Shown here: piece by piece, positions 61,792 through 64,000 of the stretch
Position numbering within the stretch: position 1 is the first letter of the stretch
Layout: each line of letters begins with the position of its first letter
Origin: the human T2T-CHM13v2.0 reference genome, Homo sapiens
Strand: one strand, 5' to 3'
Assembly: GCF_009914755.1 (NCBI RefSeq)
Contig: NC_060930.1
Length of the DNA: 64,000 bases
Position numbers and translations under genes: made by a program
The notes under the pieces: model-generated
Database searches by the model: none
Told to the model about the DNA's origin: nothing
Seen by the model: the letters and a program-made list of their open reading frames with translations, nothing else

Positions 61792-61940
61792 CTTTTCTTT
61801 CAAAGCTTTCCTCTCTGACAAAGCAAACGAGAGCCAGGAACTTTGTCACCTCTTTTAAATAAAGCACGGTTGTATTATTAAGCTTTATGATGGCTGTGGA
61901 TTCCTTGTCATAGGGGGTTCCTGCTCCATCTTCTTTGAGA
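61792..61940 (-). CDS. RRAGD: Ras-related GTP-binding protein D, penultimate coding exon ([49 protein letters not shown])
   Basis: RagC/D C-terminal roadblock-domain sequence; ttag| acceptor and AAAG|gtaact donor; 149 nt. Confidence 0.95.
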
Positions 61941-62693
61941 CTAAATGGGGACAGAAACCAAAACATGTGACCATTGAGAAAGAACTAGAAACTGTAAGCC
62001 AGTGACAAGAGACCGGCTTTAAGCCACAAAAAGTGATAATCATAAGTTGTTTACACTTGCAGTGCCTTTCAGCAAAAGAGCTCAGAAACACACAGGCACA
62101 AAAACATACACAGTCCTCAACAGTCATTTCCTACTGACAATGAGTGGCTGTCTGCAGCAGCTGGGACACTCTCCAGGCACCTGAAGAAGCCAGTTGAAGG
62201 ATGAGGTTAGCTCTCCCCACCTCCGTGGCCAAGGGCTTCTTGTTTTCTCACCTAGAATAGCCAGGCTGTCAAAAGCGTGGTCTGATGAAAGACTAAGAAA
62301 GGCTGAAGATATGTTCCAAATTCAAGGAGTCTAAAGAGACCTGAAAGCCAAGTGCTAGACTGGATCCTGAATTGGGAAAAACTGCTATAAAAGATAGAAT
62401 TGGGACCACTGGTAAAATCTGAATATCGTCTATATATTAGATAATAATGTAGCCATGCTAAATTTGCTGAACTGTGAACTGGTTCAATTTACTCTCAAAT
62501 GGTTCACTGAAAAGAAATAGATACACAATATGTATTAGAAAAAGAGAGATGCAGCAAATATGGCAAATTGGTAAAAACTGATGAATCCCAGTGAAGAGTT
62601 ATACAGGAGTTCATTTTACTACCCTTGTATATTTTCTGTAGGTTTTAACTTTTTTTCAAAATAAAGAGTTAAATAAGATATATAGGTCTATTT

Positions 62694-63002
<309 letters not shown>

Positions 63003-63014
63003 CTATTTAAGAAA

Positions 63015-63215
63015 AGGTGTGGTGTGCAGACACAAGTGACTTGGGTTTGAATCTCATTTCTTTTATTTGCTAGCTATGTGAGCTTGGACAAGTCGAATAA
63101 CTTCTTTGAGCCTCAATTTCCTCATATGTACACTAACAGTAATTATTTCAAAGTTTTCTAATGAAGATTAAATGAAATAATGCATATGTAGCACTAAGCA
63201 TAATGCTGAGAACAT
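63015..63215 (+). mobile_element. MIR
   Basis: gggtttgaatctc...tagctatgtgagcttggacaagtc...gagcctcaatttcctcat core. Confidence 0.75.
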
Positions 63216-63806
63216 AAAATACACACTTATTATCATGGCTTTAATGACTGAAACTGGACCCTCTGAAGATACCTGTGTAATAAAAGTGTTATGAATCCTT
63301 TCCTCACAGGCAAAGGACACTTCCCTAAACCTTTTCCCCCTTACCTAAAACTGTACATAAATTTTCTGATTTATTTTTACTCCCCAAATTTATGAATAAC
63401 TGACCAGAAATTTGACTTAATTGGAATTGTGTTAAACCTTACCACATTCACTGAGAACTAGCATTTATTAAAGCTTACTATGTGATATTAACCATTCTTA
63501 GTTCTTAAAATGCATTATCCTCTGTCTGCTATAAGAATCCTCTAAGTTTCTAAGGAAACTGAGGCTAGGGGAAAATAAGATAACTTGGTCAAAGCTGACG
63601 ATAGGGGTAAAGTCAGGACCTCAAACCTAGATATGGCTAATTTCAAAGTTAATGCTTTAATCCTGTAAATACACAAGGGGGTACAGTATCAAGCCAGATT
63701 TAATGAAAAGCCTGAATTGCACAAGAGTATTTTTAGGAAATGTAGGTTTTTAGTTTTGAGAGTATTTTAAGCTGCCATATACATGGCCACTTAAAAGTAA
63801 ATTGTG

Positions 63807-64000
63807 AGGGTGGGCACGGTGGCTCAGGCCTATAATCCCAGCACTTTGGGAGGCCGAGGTGGATCGCCTGAGGTTGGGAGTTCGAGAACAGCCTGACCAA
63901 CATGGAGAAACTCCGTCTCTACTAAAAATACAAAATTAGCTAGGTGTGGTAGTGCATGCCTGTAATCCCAGCTACTCGGGAGGCTGAGGGAGGAGAATCA
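63807..64000 (+). mobile_element. AluS, truncated by the window end
   Basis: Left monomer and start of right monomer. Confidence 0.92.

Overview
Human genomic DNA; a human-specific AluYb8 is present and the gene order matches the 6q15 GABRR2-UBE2J1-RRAGD locus. Three genes lie head-to-tail on the minus strand. (1) The last two coding exons and long 3' UTR of RRAGD (RagD GTPase). (2) The complete 8-exon UBE2J1 gene (ERAD E2 enzyme): the exons splice through GT-AG introns into an uninterrupted 957-nt CDS (318 aa), with a CpG-island promoter carrying an exact UPRE (TGACGTGG). (3) Exon 1 and the start of intron 1 of GABRR2 (GABA-A receptor rho2). The rest is mostly retroelements: about 30 Alus, a nested LTR>L1>LTR/Alu cluster, an inverted L1, several minus-strand solo LTRs between UBE2J1 and GABRR2, and a 3'-truncated U2 snRNA retrocopy. 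Almost all ORFs in the supplied track are spurious (Alu, L1, low-complexity or CpG-island frames). I cannot demonstrate a new biological system from sequence alone. The best leads are a 21-bp intronic hairpin that pairs fully only in the RRAGD-sense RNA, a splice-donor motif directly after the RRAGD stop codon, a 12-nt miR-17 match abutting a proximal poly(A) signal, several template-switch-like repeat clusters, and a possibly polymorphic AluYb8. Gene and repeat names come from my recall of known sequences, not from a search; repeat boundaries are approximate.
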